From Clostridiales bacterium (lineage in GTDB: Bacteria > Bacillota > Clostridia > Christensenellales > UBA1242): a DNA stretch of 64,000 nucleotides. Positions within the stretch are counted from its first letter, which is position 1, and each line of letters begins with the position of its first letter. Below the pieces are notes generated by a model. That model was not told the origin of the DNA, did no database searches, and saw only the letters and a list, made by a program, of their open reading frames with translations. The stretch lies in the NCBI GenBank assembly GCA_015055745.1, contig SVHS01000003.1, positions 61,655-125,654 of the forward strand. Reading direction: 5' to 3'. The position numbers and the translations under genes are program-made. Shown here piece by piece: positions 1 through 7,966 of the stretch.

Positions 1-1609
1 TAGCATATATTGAGCTACCAAATAGTGCATATAGTGAGATATGTGAGAATGGATAAAATGCTAGCCAAGTATTTGCACCTTGTACAAATATAGGGAGTAG
101 AGTATTTATCAAATACAATACCAATGCTATAGTGACAGCAAACAAATCTGATTTTAATATAGATGAGAATAGCATTGCTATAGATGTATATACTATCAGC
201 TCTAGTAATAAGCTCACTAGATATATAGCAATCATAGCGATAGGGTGCATAGTGATAGCTGTAGAGCCATTGAATATCGTCAAAATCAAGCCACTATCAA
301 GTCCATATACTGCGCCACCCACACAAAGTGAAATTACACCGCTAAATATAATCAATATTAGAGATAATATAGTGATCGCGAATAACTTACCAAAATATAT
401 GTTTCCTCTAGACACAGGGCGAATAGCGAAGTATCTCATAGAGCCTTCTTTTATTTCTCCAGCTATAGAGTGGCAAGCTGTCATCACAGCATACACTATT
501 ATTACAAAAGAGAATAACCTCAATACAAAATACGCATAGTCATAAGCGTTAGTGTCAGTGTTTGAAGATAATCCGATAGTGAGAGGTCTAGCATAATCAT
601 TGACAGTAGAGTCATGGTCAAAGATATAGCTATATCTCATTAGTAGAGAGTTTGAGTCATAATCAGAATACGCAGATAAATATTTTACATCTAACTGTTT
701 ACCAGTCTTTACGTAATCAAAAGCATGACAAATTAGTTCGTTTTTGACCAAATTGACATATGTATCGACAGTGTCTGTATATAAGTTTGCTAACCTGTCC
801 ATTTCGTCAGCTTCAACATTATTTTGAGTACCTTCTAGCATGTCAGCCAAAATATTGTTTAGACGAGTATGCATAGTATTCAATTTTGTATTTTCAGCTA
901 CAGTAGCATAATTTGAGATAAACTCTTTGGACAATGTAGGGTAGATAAAAGCGTTTATTATATTTTCTAATTGTTGTTTATAATTAGCTTCGTACAATGC
1001 AAAATGGTCTGCTAGAGTATATTGTTCTTCACCTGTAGCTGATTTGTTGACCGTCATGTTTGCCCATATGAGAGCATCTTTGATTATCGCTTTATAAGTA
1101 TCATAGTTTGATGAGCTTGTAAGTAGAGTAAAAGAGCCTTTTGCAGACTTTAAGAAAGCTTCATCTATCGCGTCGCTAAGCGCCAACAAGCTATCTTCAG
1201 TAGCTTTTTTTGCATTCTTCAATTCTTCATCAGGATAAGGATCGGTATAGAAAGCGTAATTGTAGTAAATATCATATTTCTCTTCATAGATATCTACCAA
1301 TTTTTCAATATATTCTTTTTGAGTGTAAGAGCCTTTGCTGTCAGTGATAGTATAGGCTGAGACAAGGGATACTGCATCTGACAAATTTTTATCAGCTTCA
1401 GCTTTTTTGCCATAATTTTGACCACCGATAAAATCAGTATATTTTTCTAAATATGTATTTCCGTTCAATACATATGCAGTAGACTCATAGACTGTAGGTT
1501 TATAAACAAATACGCCTAGTACCAATATTACAGCAAGTAAAATAGAGAGGATATAAATCCCCGGTTTTGATAAAATCTTTTTAAATTCTGCAAAAGCAAC
1601 TTTAAACAT
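1..1609 (-). CDS. ABC-2 type transporter permease with large extracytoplasmic loop (C-terminus beyond window edge)
   Basis: The minus-strand frame is open from the ATG at 1609 (AGGAG SD upstream) to position 1. The translation MFKVAFAEFKKILSKPGIYILSILL... shows one N-terminal TM helix, a ~380-aa soluble loop, then several TM helices. It directly follows the ATPase gene. It is absent from the ORF track because the window truncates it. Confidence 0.8.
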   Translation of the reverse strand, partial: MFKVAFAEFKKILSKPGIYILSILLAVILVLGVFVYKPTVYESTAYVLNGNTYLEKYTDFIGGQNYGKKAEADKNLSDAVSLVSAYTITDSKGSYTQKEYIEKLVDIYEEKYDIYYNYAFYTDPYPDEELKNAKKATEDSLLALSDAIDEAFLKSAKGSFTLLTSSSNYDTYKAIIKDALIWANMTVNKSATGEEQYTLADHFALYEANYKQQLENIINAFIYPTLSKEFISNYATVAENTKLNTMHTRLNNILADMLEGTQNNVEADEMDRLANLYTDTVDTYVNLVKNELICHAFDYVKTGKQLDVKYLSAYSDYDSNSLLMRYSYIFDHDSTVNDYARPLTIGLSSNTDTNAYDYAYFVLRLFSFVIIVYAVMTACHSIAGEIKEGSMRYFAIRPVSRGNIYFGKLFAITILSLILIIFSGVISLCVGGAVYGLDSGLILTIFNGSTAITMHPIAMIAIYLVSLLLELIVYTSIAMLFSSILKSDLFAVTIALVLYLINTLLPIFVQGANTWLAFYPFSHISLYALFGSSIYA

Positions 1610-1617
1610 CAATACTC

Positions 1618-2550
1618 CTATATTATACTAGTAGAAGGTCTGTCACTATTTAATAATTCGAAATACAATTCTTCTAGTGTCTTTTGTATCTTTTTTATAC
1701 TATAAACTTTGATTTTTTTATGGATAAGGTAGGAGACTACAGGTGCGACATTGTTTTCTTTTAGAGGCAATATCACAGAGTTTCCGACTATTTTACATCT
1801 TATATTATATTTTTCTTTTATGGCTTGAGCTGCATAATTTGGATAGTCACACATTAGCTGTACTCGTTGTTTTGACTCTATCATTGCTTCGATCTCTTTC
1901 ATCGTCTTATATTCGATTATTCTACCATTATTGATGAGTCCTATCACATCACAAGTCTGCTCTAGTTCGGCTAGATTGTGACTAGAGATAATGATGGCCA
2001 TCTCTTCCTTTTCAGCTAATACTTTTAATATATTTCTCATCTCTACTATACCATTGGGATCCAATCCATTAGTAGGTTCGTCCAATATCAAAAGCTTTGG
2101 CTTGCAGAGTAAAGCCTGCGCTATACCCAAGCGTTGTTTCATACCGAGAGAGTAGGTAGATACTTTGTCTTTAATACGATTTTCCATGCCAACAAGCTTT
2201 ACTATTTTATCGATACGATTGTACGCTTCTTTACCATAAAAGCTAGCAAAAAGTTTTAGATTTTTTAGTCCACTTAGATAAGGGTAGAGCTGAGGCATTT
2301 CTACCATGGCACCTACATTTGAAATAGCTTTTTTAAATGAATGCATTACGCTATAGCCACAAATATTGATTTCTCCACTAGTGATAGGTGTTAGGCCTGT
2401 GATCATTCTAATAGTAGTAGATTTACCTGCACCATTTGGACCTACAAATCCGAAGATTTGACCTGCAAAAATAGAGAAGGTGACATTGTTTACCACCTTT
2501 TTATTTCCATACATTTTTGTTAAGTTTTTGACACTCAATATTGGAATCAT
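1618..2550 (-). CDS. ABC transporter ATP-binding protein (ABC-2/BcrA-like subfamily)
   Basis: Walker A GPNGAGKST, signature YSLGMKQRL, Walker B LLILDEPTNGLD, H-loop SSHNL. ATG with AGGAG SD. Confidence 0.93.
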   Translation of the reverse strand: MIPILSVKNLTKMYGNKKVVNNVTFSIFAGQIFGFVGPNGAGKSTTIRMITGLTPITSGEINICGYSVMHSFKKAISNVGAMVEMPQLYPYLSGLKNLKLFASFYGKEAYNRIDKIVKLVGMENRIKDKVSTYSLGMKQRLGIAQALLCKPKLLILDEPTNGLDPNGIVEMRNILKVLAEKEEMAIIISSHNLAELEQTCDVIGLINNGRIIEYKTMKEIEAMIESKQRVQLMCDYPNYAAQAIKEKYNIRCKIVGNSVILPLKENNVAPVVSYLIHKKIKVYSIKKIQKTLEELYFELLNSDRPSTSII

Positions 2551-2557
2551 AACACTC

Positions 2558-3718
2558 CTATTTTTTCTTTGAGAATAAATAACTAAATAAGATATCTATA
2601 AAAATAATACTTGTAAATAACATTGGAGCATACATATTTGCAAAATTTTGGATAGAGAATATTGCATTAATATTATTTTTACCTATTGTCACATTTGTCA
2701 CGATGCAGATAGAAAATACAAGCAACATTATAGCTATGGCTATAAATAGTGATTTTTTAATATTAAAATGAAATTCTTTATCTTGACACTTCAATTTAAA
2801 TTTATCCATATTGACAGCTGTCACTACAGGGTAAAACACTGCAATAGTAATAGATATGATAAGAGATGCATAATAGAGAGCGCTAGTGCCAGTAGCATTG
2901 GTGATTAGGCTGGCGATTATTAATGCGATTACTATAGCACTGCTAGTAATTAATGCTCTATATAGAGTGCCCTTTGCCAGTTTTTTGGCTGATATGTACT
3001 GAGGATCCGTCTTTATATTGCGATAGTCTACAAATTTTACACTGTTTTCATTGGTATTTATAGGTTTATAATTATTTAAGATATCATCAGATGTCTTATT
3101 TGTGTCTAGTTTATTGTTGTAATCTATCGCCTCTGTAGGTGTAGAGATCTTTTCAGTAAATTTCATCACTTCTTTATTGGTAGCAAATTGTTCTTCTTTA
3201 GATTCGTCAGATTCTTTCAAAATTTCACTATTTGCTAGGTTGATATCCATTTCGGTAGAGTTATCTATATGGTTATCAGCGAATACCTCAGCAGTAGGGA
3301 GGATAGTTTCCTCTGGTTCATTGTCAGGTAGTAGAGCGTCCATGATAGAAAAATTTTTCTCAGTCTCTATGTCTTTTGTGCTTACTGTGTCGGTGACCAA
3401 CATTTCCGCGTCTTCATCTGCAGTATCATTCAATGCATTTTTCAATAAAAAATCATAAGAAGGTAGAGTAGTGATCTGCATTTTGCCATTTTCGGTAATC
3501 TTGTAATAATGTCTCTTGCCACCTATCTCACTATCTTCCCAATATGAAGATATAAATTTAGATTTTTCTAATTTTTTTAGTAAAGTGTATAGAGTAGGTT
3601 GTTTTATGATAATTTTTCCATTTGATTTTGTCTCGATAGCTTTTGTCAATTCAAAGCCGTATTTGTCACATTCGTTGAGCTCTAGTAGTATAAATGGTAT
3701 TAAATCTGCAGTTTTCAT
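2558..3718 (-). CDS. PadR-family winged-helix regulator fused to an acidic linker and a C-terminal multi-pass membrane domain
   Basis: The N-terminus (CDKYGFELTKAIE...QPTLYTLLKKLEKSKFISSYWEDSEIGGKRHYYKITENGK) is a PadR-type wHTH. The C-terminal ~130 aa contain 3-4 hydrophobic helices. First gene of the operon with the ABC ATPase and permease. Confidence 0.8.
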   Translation of the reverse strand: MKTADLIPFILLELNECDKYGFELTKAIETKSNGKIIIKQPTLYTLLKKLEKSKFISSYWEDSEIGGKRHYYKITENGKMQITTLPSYDFLLKNALNDTADEDAEMLVTDTVSTKDIETEKNFSIMDALLPDNEPEETILPTAEVFADNHIDNSTEMDINLANSEILKESDESKEEQFATNKEVMKFTEKISTPTEAIDYNNKLDTNKTSDDILNNYKPINTNENSVKFVDYRNIKTDPQYISAKKLAKGTLYRALITSSAIVIALIIASLITNATGTSALYYASLIISITIAVFYPVVTAVNMDKFKLKCQDKEFHFNIKKSLFIAIAIMLLVFSICIVTNVTIGKNNINAIFSIQNFANMYAPMLFTSIIFIDILFSYLFSKKK

Positions 3719-3771
3719 AACACCCCTTTATATATAATTATAAATAATTATACATAAAAAAGTAGTGTGAG

Positions 3772-3799
3772 TCAATAAAAAAGGACTCTAAAAGTCCTT
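3772..3799 (-). terminator. Intrinsic terminator of lexA
   Basis: On the minus strand: AAGGACU-UUUAG-AGUCCUU followed by a U-run. The hairpin abuts and overlaps the lexA stop codon. Confidence 0.75.
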
Positions 3800-4388
3800 A
3801 AATTCTATTTCTGATAAGACCTACGACTTTACCTAATATTTCTACATGGTCTGTGTAGATTGGCTCCATAGTAGTATTTTCTGGCTGTAGACGGAAATAG
3901 CCATTTTCTTTATAAAATTTCTTTACAGTAGCTTCATTGTCGATTAGACAAGCTACTATCTCACCATTATTAGCCACAGATTGCTTTGATATCACGACAA
4001 AATCACCATCAAATATACCCACATCTATCATGCTTTCACCTTTCACTTTCAAAACAAATAAGTTTAATCCAGAAAAGAAATTTTCAGAAATGACGATTTT
4101 ATCCATAATAGATTCCTCGGCAAGTATTGGCTGACCAGCAGCGATAGTACCTACTACAGGCAGAGTCACACTGCTTTGGATAGGGGGCTTATTTACTAGC
4201 TCAATGGCACGATTTTTATTGCCATCTCTAGTGATTTTACCCATCTTTTCTAGTTTCTTTAGGTGGTAAACTACACTAGATGTAGAGTCTAGACCCAAAA
4301 ATTCTCCGATTTCTCTCACACTTGGTGAATAATTATTTTCTATGATATATGATTCTATAAATTCATATGCTTGTAGAGTCTTATCCAT
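3798..4388 (-). CDS. lexA: LexA repressor (S24 self-cleaving SOS regulator)
   Basis: N-terminal wHTH (SPSVREIGEFLGLDSTSSVVYHLKKLEKMG), cleavage site AAGQP, catalytic GESM serine and VKKF lysine region. SD AGGAGAAAAT. Confidence 0.95.
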   Translation of the reverse strand: MDKTLQAYEFIESYIIENNYSPSVREIGEFLGLDSTSSVVYHLKKLEKMGKITRDGNKNRAIELVNKPPIQSSVTLPVVGTIAAGQPILAEESIMDKIVISENFFSGLNLFVLKVKGESMIDVGIFDGDFVVISKQSVANNGEIVACLIDNEATVKKFYKENGYFRLQPENTTMEPIYTDHVEILGKVVGLIRNRI

Positions 4389-4430
4389 ATTTTCTCCTAG
4401 AGTAAAGATAGCATATTAATTTATAATTGT

Positions 4431-4444
4431 CAAACATTTGTTCG
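4431..4444 (-). promoter_or_regulatory. SOS (Cheo-type) LexA box overlapping the lexA -35
   Basis: The minus strand reads CGAACAAATGTTTG, against the Firmicutes consensus CGAAC-N4-GTTCG with one mismatch. Its 3' end overlaps TTGACA of a TTGACA-17-TATCTT promoter upstream of lexA. Confidence 0.8.
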
Positions 4445-4467
4445 AATATTTTTAGATTTTTATAATT

Positions 4468-5508
4468 TTATTTCAATTTTACTTTTCCTGCTACAGACCT
4501 ACGAATATCATCACTAATGGCGGCATAGTGTTTCTTTGTTGTATTTACATCTTTGTGTCCCAATACTTCCGCTACGATATAGATATCTTTTGTCTCATTG
4601 TATAGGTTTGTACCATATGTAGAGCGGAGTTTGTGTGGAGTGATATTTTTTAGCGGAGTAGCGAGCTTTGCATATTTTTTCACCAAATATTCCATAGATC
4701 TTACAGCCATACGTTTACCTTGGCTAGAAATAAATAAAGCACGTTCTTCTTTAGGTATTTGAAGTGTATCTCGATAATAAATATATTGCTTTAATATTTC
4801 AGCAGTCTCTTCGCCAAAGTAGAGAATGACTTGATTACCACCTTTCCTAGTTACACGGAAAGAATTTAAGTTAAAGTTTATATCATCTACATTTAGTCCT
4901 ACACATTCACTTACACGTATGCCAGTAGTGAGGAAGAGAGAGATGATAGCAGTATCTCGAGTCTTAAATTTTTGATTGTATTTTTGTTGATGTTCGCTAA
5001 ATCCAGATAATGTATCGCACGAATACATCAATTCTGCAGTCTCAGAAGGCTCTAGTCGCACGATAGGCTTTTCATGTATCTTTGGGTTCCTGACTTTGCT
5101 CGCTACGTTTGATTTTATCATATCTTTAAAGAAAAAGTATTTGAAAAACGCTCTGATACTTGATAATTTCCTTAATTTTCCTCTTTCTCCATTTGTAAGG
5201 ACTGTACCATCTTCTTTATCATAATATGATATGTACGCCATAAAACGCTCTATAGTCTGAGCATCGATTTCATCAATGTCTCCTATAGAGATCGACTGGA
5301 TAGATCGATTGTAAAATTTCGTCTCATATGTCACTAGATAATTGAAAAATGTCTTGAGATCTACTGCATAATTTAATCTAGTAAGTGGAGTGGTGGTGTC
5401 TTGTATTCCAATGAAAAACACACTGCAAAATGCTGGTAAATCTGCCAACATTTCGTTTAATTTTCTCATATTATTTCTATTCCTATCTAAATAATAATTG
5501 TTTGACAT
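4468..5508 (-). CDS. Tyrosine-type site-specific recombinase (Xer/integrase family)
   Basis: C-terminal catalytic motifs TGIRVSE (Arg), HKLRSTYGT (His-x-x-Arg) and LGHKDVNTTKKHY (His...Tyr). SD GAGGAAAAT. Confidence 0.88.
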   Translation of the reverse strand: MSNNYYLDRNRNNMRKLNEMLADLPAFCSVFFIGIQDTTTPLTRLNYAVDLKTFFNYLVTYETKFYNRSIQSISIGDIDEIDAQTIERFMAYISYYDKEDGTVLTNGERGKLRKLSSIRAFFKYFFFKDMIKSNVASKVRNPKIHEKPIVRLEPSETAELMYSCDTLSGFSEHQQKYNQKFKTRDTAIISLFLTTGIRVSECVGLNVDDINFNLNSFRVTRKGGNQVILYFGEETAEILKQYIYYRDTLQIPKEERALFISSQGKRMAVRSMEYLVKKYAKLATPLKNITPHKLRSTYGTNLYNETKDIYIVAEVLGHKDVNTTKKHYAAISDDIRRSVAGKVKLK

Positions 5509-5534
5509 ATTTTCCTCTATAATTAAATTATAGC

Positions 5535-5553
5535 AAATGATTGCGCAAAAAAC
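5535..5553 (-). repeat. Inverted partial copy of the TTTTTT(A/G)CGCAA intergenic repeat
   Basis: The reverse complement reads GTTTTTTGCGCAATCATTT. It forms an inverted repeat with 5606-5618, with a 13-nt core and one mismatch. Confidence 0.6.
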
Positions 5554-5605
5554 AAAATAAATAAGAAAATTATTTAAATTTTTTCATTTATTTTTATTAA
5601 AAATA

Positions 5606-5640
5606 GTTTTTTACGCAAAGATGATTTTTGCGCAAATATT
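5606..5640 (+). repeat. Intergenic repeat copy A (bipartite: TTTTTTACGCAAAGAT + TTTTTGCGCAAATATT)
   Basis: The exact 16-mer TTTTTTACGCAAAGAT lies at 5607-5622. A second TTGCGCAA palindromic half-site lies 17 nt downstream. Confidence 0.75.
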
Positions 5641-5753
5641 AATATGCATTATTACGTACCTTGTATAATTTACACAAATAACAAATAAATTTATTGATAA
5701 CTTGGCAGTAGGATAGAGCAATATAAAAAAATGCAACAAAATAGAAAAATCGG

Positions 5754-5782
5754 TTGACATTCAAATATTTATGTTATAAAAT
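5754..5782 (+). promoter_or_regulatory. Sigma-A type promoter of the serS T-box leader
   Basis: TTGACA (5754-5759), 17-nt spacer, TAAAAT (5777-5782). Confidence 0.65.
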
Positions 5783-5799
5783 TAAAATATCTTAATATG

Positions 5800-6032
5800 T
5801 CGATGATAGAGACTAGCATATAGAGGAAGTATAAGAGAGTTTGCGGTGGGTGAGAGCAAATTATGAAATCTTTATGCGTCTACCTCTTAGATATCTGGTA
5901 ATGCGGAGCTGGTTGCATAGCACAATTTGCAACATAATGAGTGGGGTATACTTAATATACACTATATATAGTATACTCAAATAGAGTGGCACAGTGGTAA
6001 AAATCACCTCTAATACAGGGGTGATTTTTTGT
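5800..6032 (+). promoter_or_regulatory. T-box riboswitch leader (Ser specifier) with terminator/antiterminator
   Basis: AGAGA and GGTGGGTGAGAGC stem I elements. Candidate specifier UCU-A at 5879-5882, just 5' of the stem I closing strand CCTCT that pairs with AGAGG at 5822-5826. T-box sequence AATAGAGTGGCACAGTGG at 5980-5997, whose UGGC bulge matches a G73 discriminator as in tRNA-Ser. Terminator AATCACCTCT-AATAC-AGGGGTGATTTTTT at 6002-6030. Confidence 0.88.
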
Positions 6033-6060
6033 TATCCCTAATATAAATAAAGGAGAAAAT

Positions 6061-7347
6061 ATGTTAGATATCAATTTGATAAGGACAAATCCAGAAAAGG
6101 TAAAAGAAAATATCAAAAAGAAATTTCAAGATCAAAAATTACCTTTGGTAGATGAAGTATTAGAATTGGACAAAAAAGTCCGCATTTTAAAGCAAGAAGG
6201 AGATGATTTGCGTGCCAAGAGGAATACTTTGTCAGCAGAAATCGGTGCTTTGATGCGTGAGAAAAGGGTAGAAGAAGCAAATGCCATCAAAGCTCAAGTA
6301 GTAGCTAATAAAGTGCGAATAGATGAGCTAGAGACTATAGTGGCAGATATTGAGCAAGATATTAAGCAAAAGATGATGACCATACCTAATATCGTAGCTG
6401 ATGATGTGCCGATCGGTAAAGATGATAGCGAAAATGTAGAATTACAGCGATTTGGCGAGACAAAAGTGCCATCTTATGAGATACCATACAATGCAGATAT
6501 TTTGCAGTCAATCAATGGTTTGGACAAAGAAAGTGCTGGTAGGACTAGTGGTAATGGTTTTTATTATCTAATGGGTGATGCAGCGCGTCTAGTGACTGCG
6601 ATGATTTCTTATGCTAGAGATTTTATGATAGATAAGGACTTTATCTATGCGATACCACCTTTTATGATTAGGAGCGATGTGGTGACAGGTGTCATGAGCT
6701 TCGCTGAGATGGACGCTATGATGTATAAGATAGAGGGTGAAGACTTGTATCTTATCGGCACTAGTGAGCACTCAATGATAGGTAAATTTAAAGACCAAAT
6801 CATGAAAGAGACAGAGCTACCTGTAACAATGACTTCATATTCACCATGCTTTAGAAAAGAAGTAGGTGCTCATGGTATAGAAGAGCGTGGTATATATCGC
6901 GTACATCAATTTGAGAAGCAAGAAATGATAGTCATTTGTAAACCAGAAGACAGTATGGATTGGTACAATAAGATGTGGTCTTATACTGTAGAGATTTTTA
7001 GGAATTTAAATATTCCAGTAAGACAATTGGAGTGTTGCAGTGGTGATTTAGCCGACCTAAAGGTGAAATCTTGTGATATTGAAGCTTGGAGCCCAAGACA
7101 GCAAAAATTCTTTGAGGTAGGATCATGTTCTACATTAGGCGACGCGCAGTCTCGTAGATTGGGCATTAGGGTAAAAGGGGAGAATGGTACTTACTATCCT
7201 CATACATTAAACAACACAGTATTGGCATCTACTAGAGCTTTAATTGCTTTATTAGAAAATAATTACAATGAAGATGGTTCTATCACAGTGCCAGAAGTTT
7301 TACGTCCATATATGGGTGGTAAATCAATCATTATACCTAAAAAGTAA
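6061..7347 (+). CDS. serS: Seryl-tRNA synthetase
   Basis: N-terminal coiled-coil arm (MLDINLIRTNPEKVKENIKKK...) and a class II core (motif 2 CFRKEVGAHG..RGIYRVHQFEKQE; motif 3 region GSCSTLGD...NNTVLA). AGGAGAAAAT SD. Confidence 0.95.
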   Translation: MLDINLIRTNPEKVKENIKKKFQDQKLPLVDEVLELDKKVRILKQEGDDLRAKRNTLSAEIGALMREKRVEEANAIKAQVVANKVRIDELETIVADIEQDIKQKMMTIPNIVADDVPIGKDDSENVELQRFGETKVPSYEIPYNADILQSINGLDKESAGRTSGNGFYYLMGDAARLVTAMISYARDFMIDKDFIYAIPPFMIRSDVVTGVMSFAEMDAMMYKIEGEDLYLIGTSEHSMIGKFKDQIMKETELPVTMTSYSPCFRKEVGAHGIEERGIYRVHQFEKQEMIVICKPEDSMDWYNKMWSYTVEIFRNLNIPVRQLECCSGDLADLKVKSCDIEAWSPRQQKFFEVGSCSTLGDAQSRRLGIRVKGENGTYYPHTLNNTVLASTRALIALLENNYNEDGSITVPEVLRPYMGGKSIIIPKK

Positions 7348-7357
7348 ACCATAAAAT

Positions 7358-7385
7358 ATCGGCTATTATTAGCTGGTATTTTTTT
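7358..7385 (+). terminator. Weak intrinsic terminator after serS
   Basis: ATCGGCT-ATTATT-AGCTGGT (7 bp, two G-U pairs) followed by a T-run that merges into repeat copy B. Confidence 0.4.
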
Positions 7386-7412
7386 ACGCAAAGATAATTT
7401 TTACAAAATTTT
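7379..7412 (+). repeat. Intergenic repeat copy B
   Basis: TTTTTTTACGCAAAGATAATTTTTACAAAATTTT. The exact 16-mer lies at 7380-7395. It is in direct orientation relative to copy A on the other side of serS. Confidence 0.75.
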
Positions 7413-7683
7413 ACTATATACCGACAAAATATGAATAAACTGACTATAATGATAACTAAGAAGAATTAATAAGATACATTATACAAATTAAAGATAAATC
7501 AATGTAAATCCGCGCTGAGACGCATTGAAGATAATTTAGATGAATAAATGCTCATTTGAAATCTGCTCTCAGACGAATTCTAAATCAAAAAGATGAGGAA
7601 TAGGTCATCTAATAAAATTTTCAAGATATCTTATTTTATATATAATGATATAATGATAAGTAATCAATATCAAATTTTATAAA

Positions 7684-7867
7684 TGTGGACAAATCTAGAC
7701 TTAGCTTGTCGAATAAAATCGAATATAAGATTATCAAAATGAATCGGTGGATAAATTTAGTGATATCCACACGATTTTTTATCAAAATTGCTATTACTTT
7801 GCGCAAAAGAAGAGTTTTGCGCAAAGATATCGATATAAACTTCCACACCACTCTATTATCATCCACA
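7684..7867. promoter_or_regulatory. Cluster of DnaA-box-like 9-mers in a non-coding gap
   Basis: Four matches to TTATCCACA with no more than one mismatch: 7684-7692 (rc TTGTCCACA), 7746-7754 (rc TTATCCACC), 7763-7771 (ATATCCACA), 7859-7867 (TCATCCACA). Weaker matches at 7839-7847 and 7911-7918. Confidence 0.45.
7798..7830 (+). repeat. Intergenic repeat copy C (two TTGCGCAA palindromes 18 nt apart)
   Basis: TTTGCGCAAAAGAAGAGTTTTGCGCAAAGATAT. The variant core TTTTGCGCAAAGAT lies at 7815-7828. Confidence 0.65.
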
Positions 7868-7934
7868 TATATTACAAACCACAAATCGTATTGTTTTTTC
7901 ATCTTTTCAGATGGATAAACACCTACCCTAGCAT

Positions 7935-7960
7935 AAAAAAACATATCAGAAGATATGCTT
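7935..7960 (-). terminator. Intrinsic terminator of the miaB-mutSL-miaA-ynbB-like operon
   Basis: On the minus strand: CAUAUC-UUCU-GAUAUG followed by U7, starting about 10 nt after the stop at 7967. Confidence 0.6.
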
Positions 7961-7966
7961 TTATAT

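Noticed and set aside
132-539. 135-aa plus-strand ORF from the track
   Set aside because: It lies antisense to, and entirely within, the ABC-2 permease reading frame (1-1609, minus). It starts at a GTG with no SD and has a low-complexity I/A-rich composition typical of an antisense frame.
7684-7918. Interpreting the DnaA-box cluster as oriC
   Set aside because: Genes on both sides are transcribed leftward, with no strand switch, and dnaA/dnaN are not nearby. I report it as a non-origin cluster instead.
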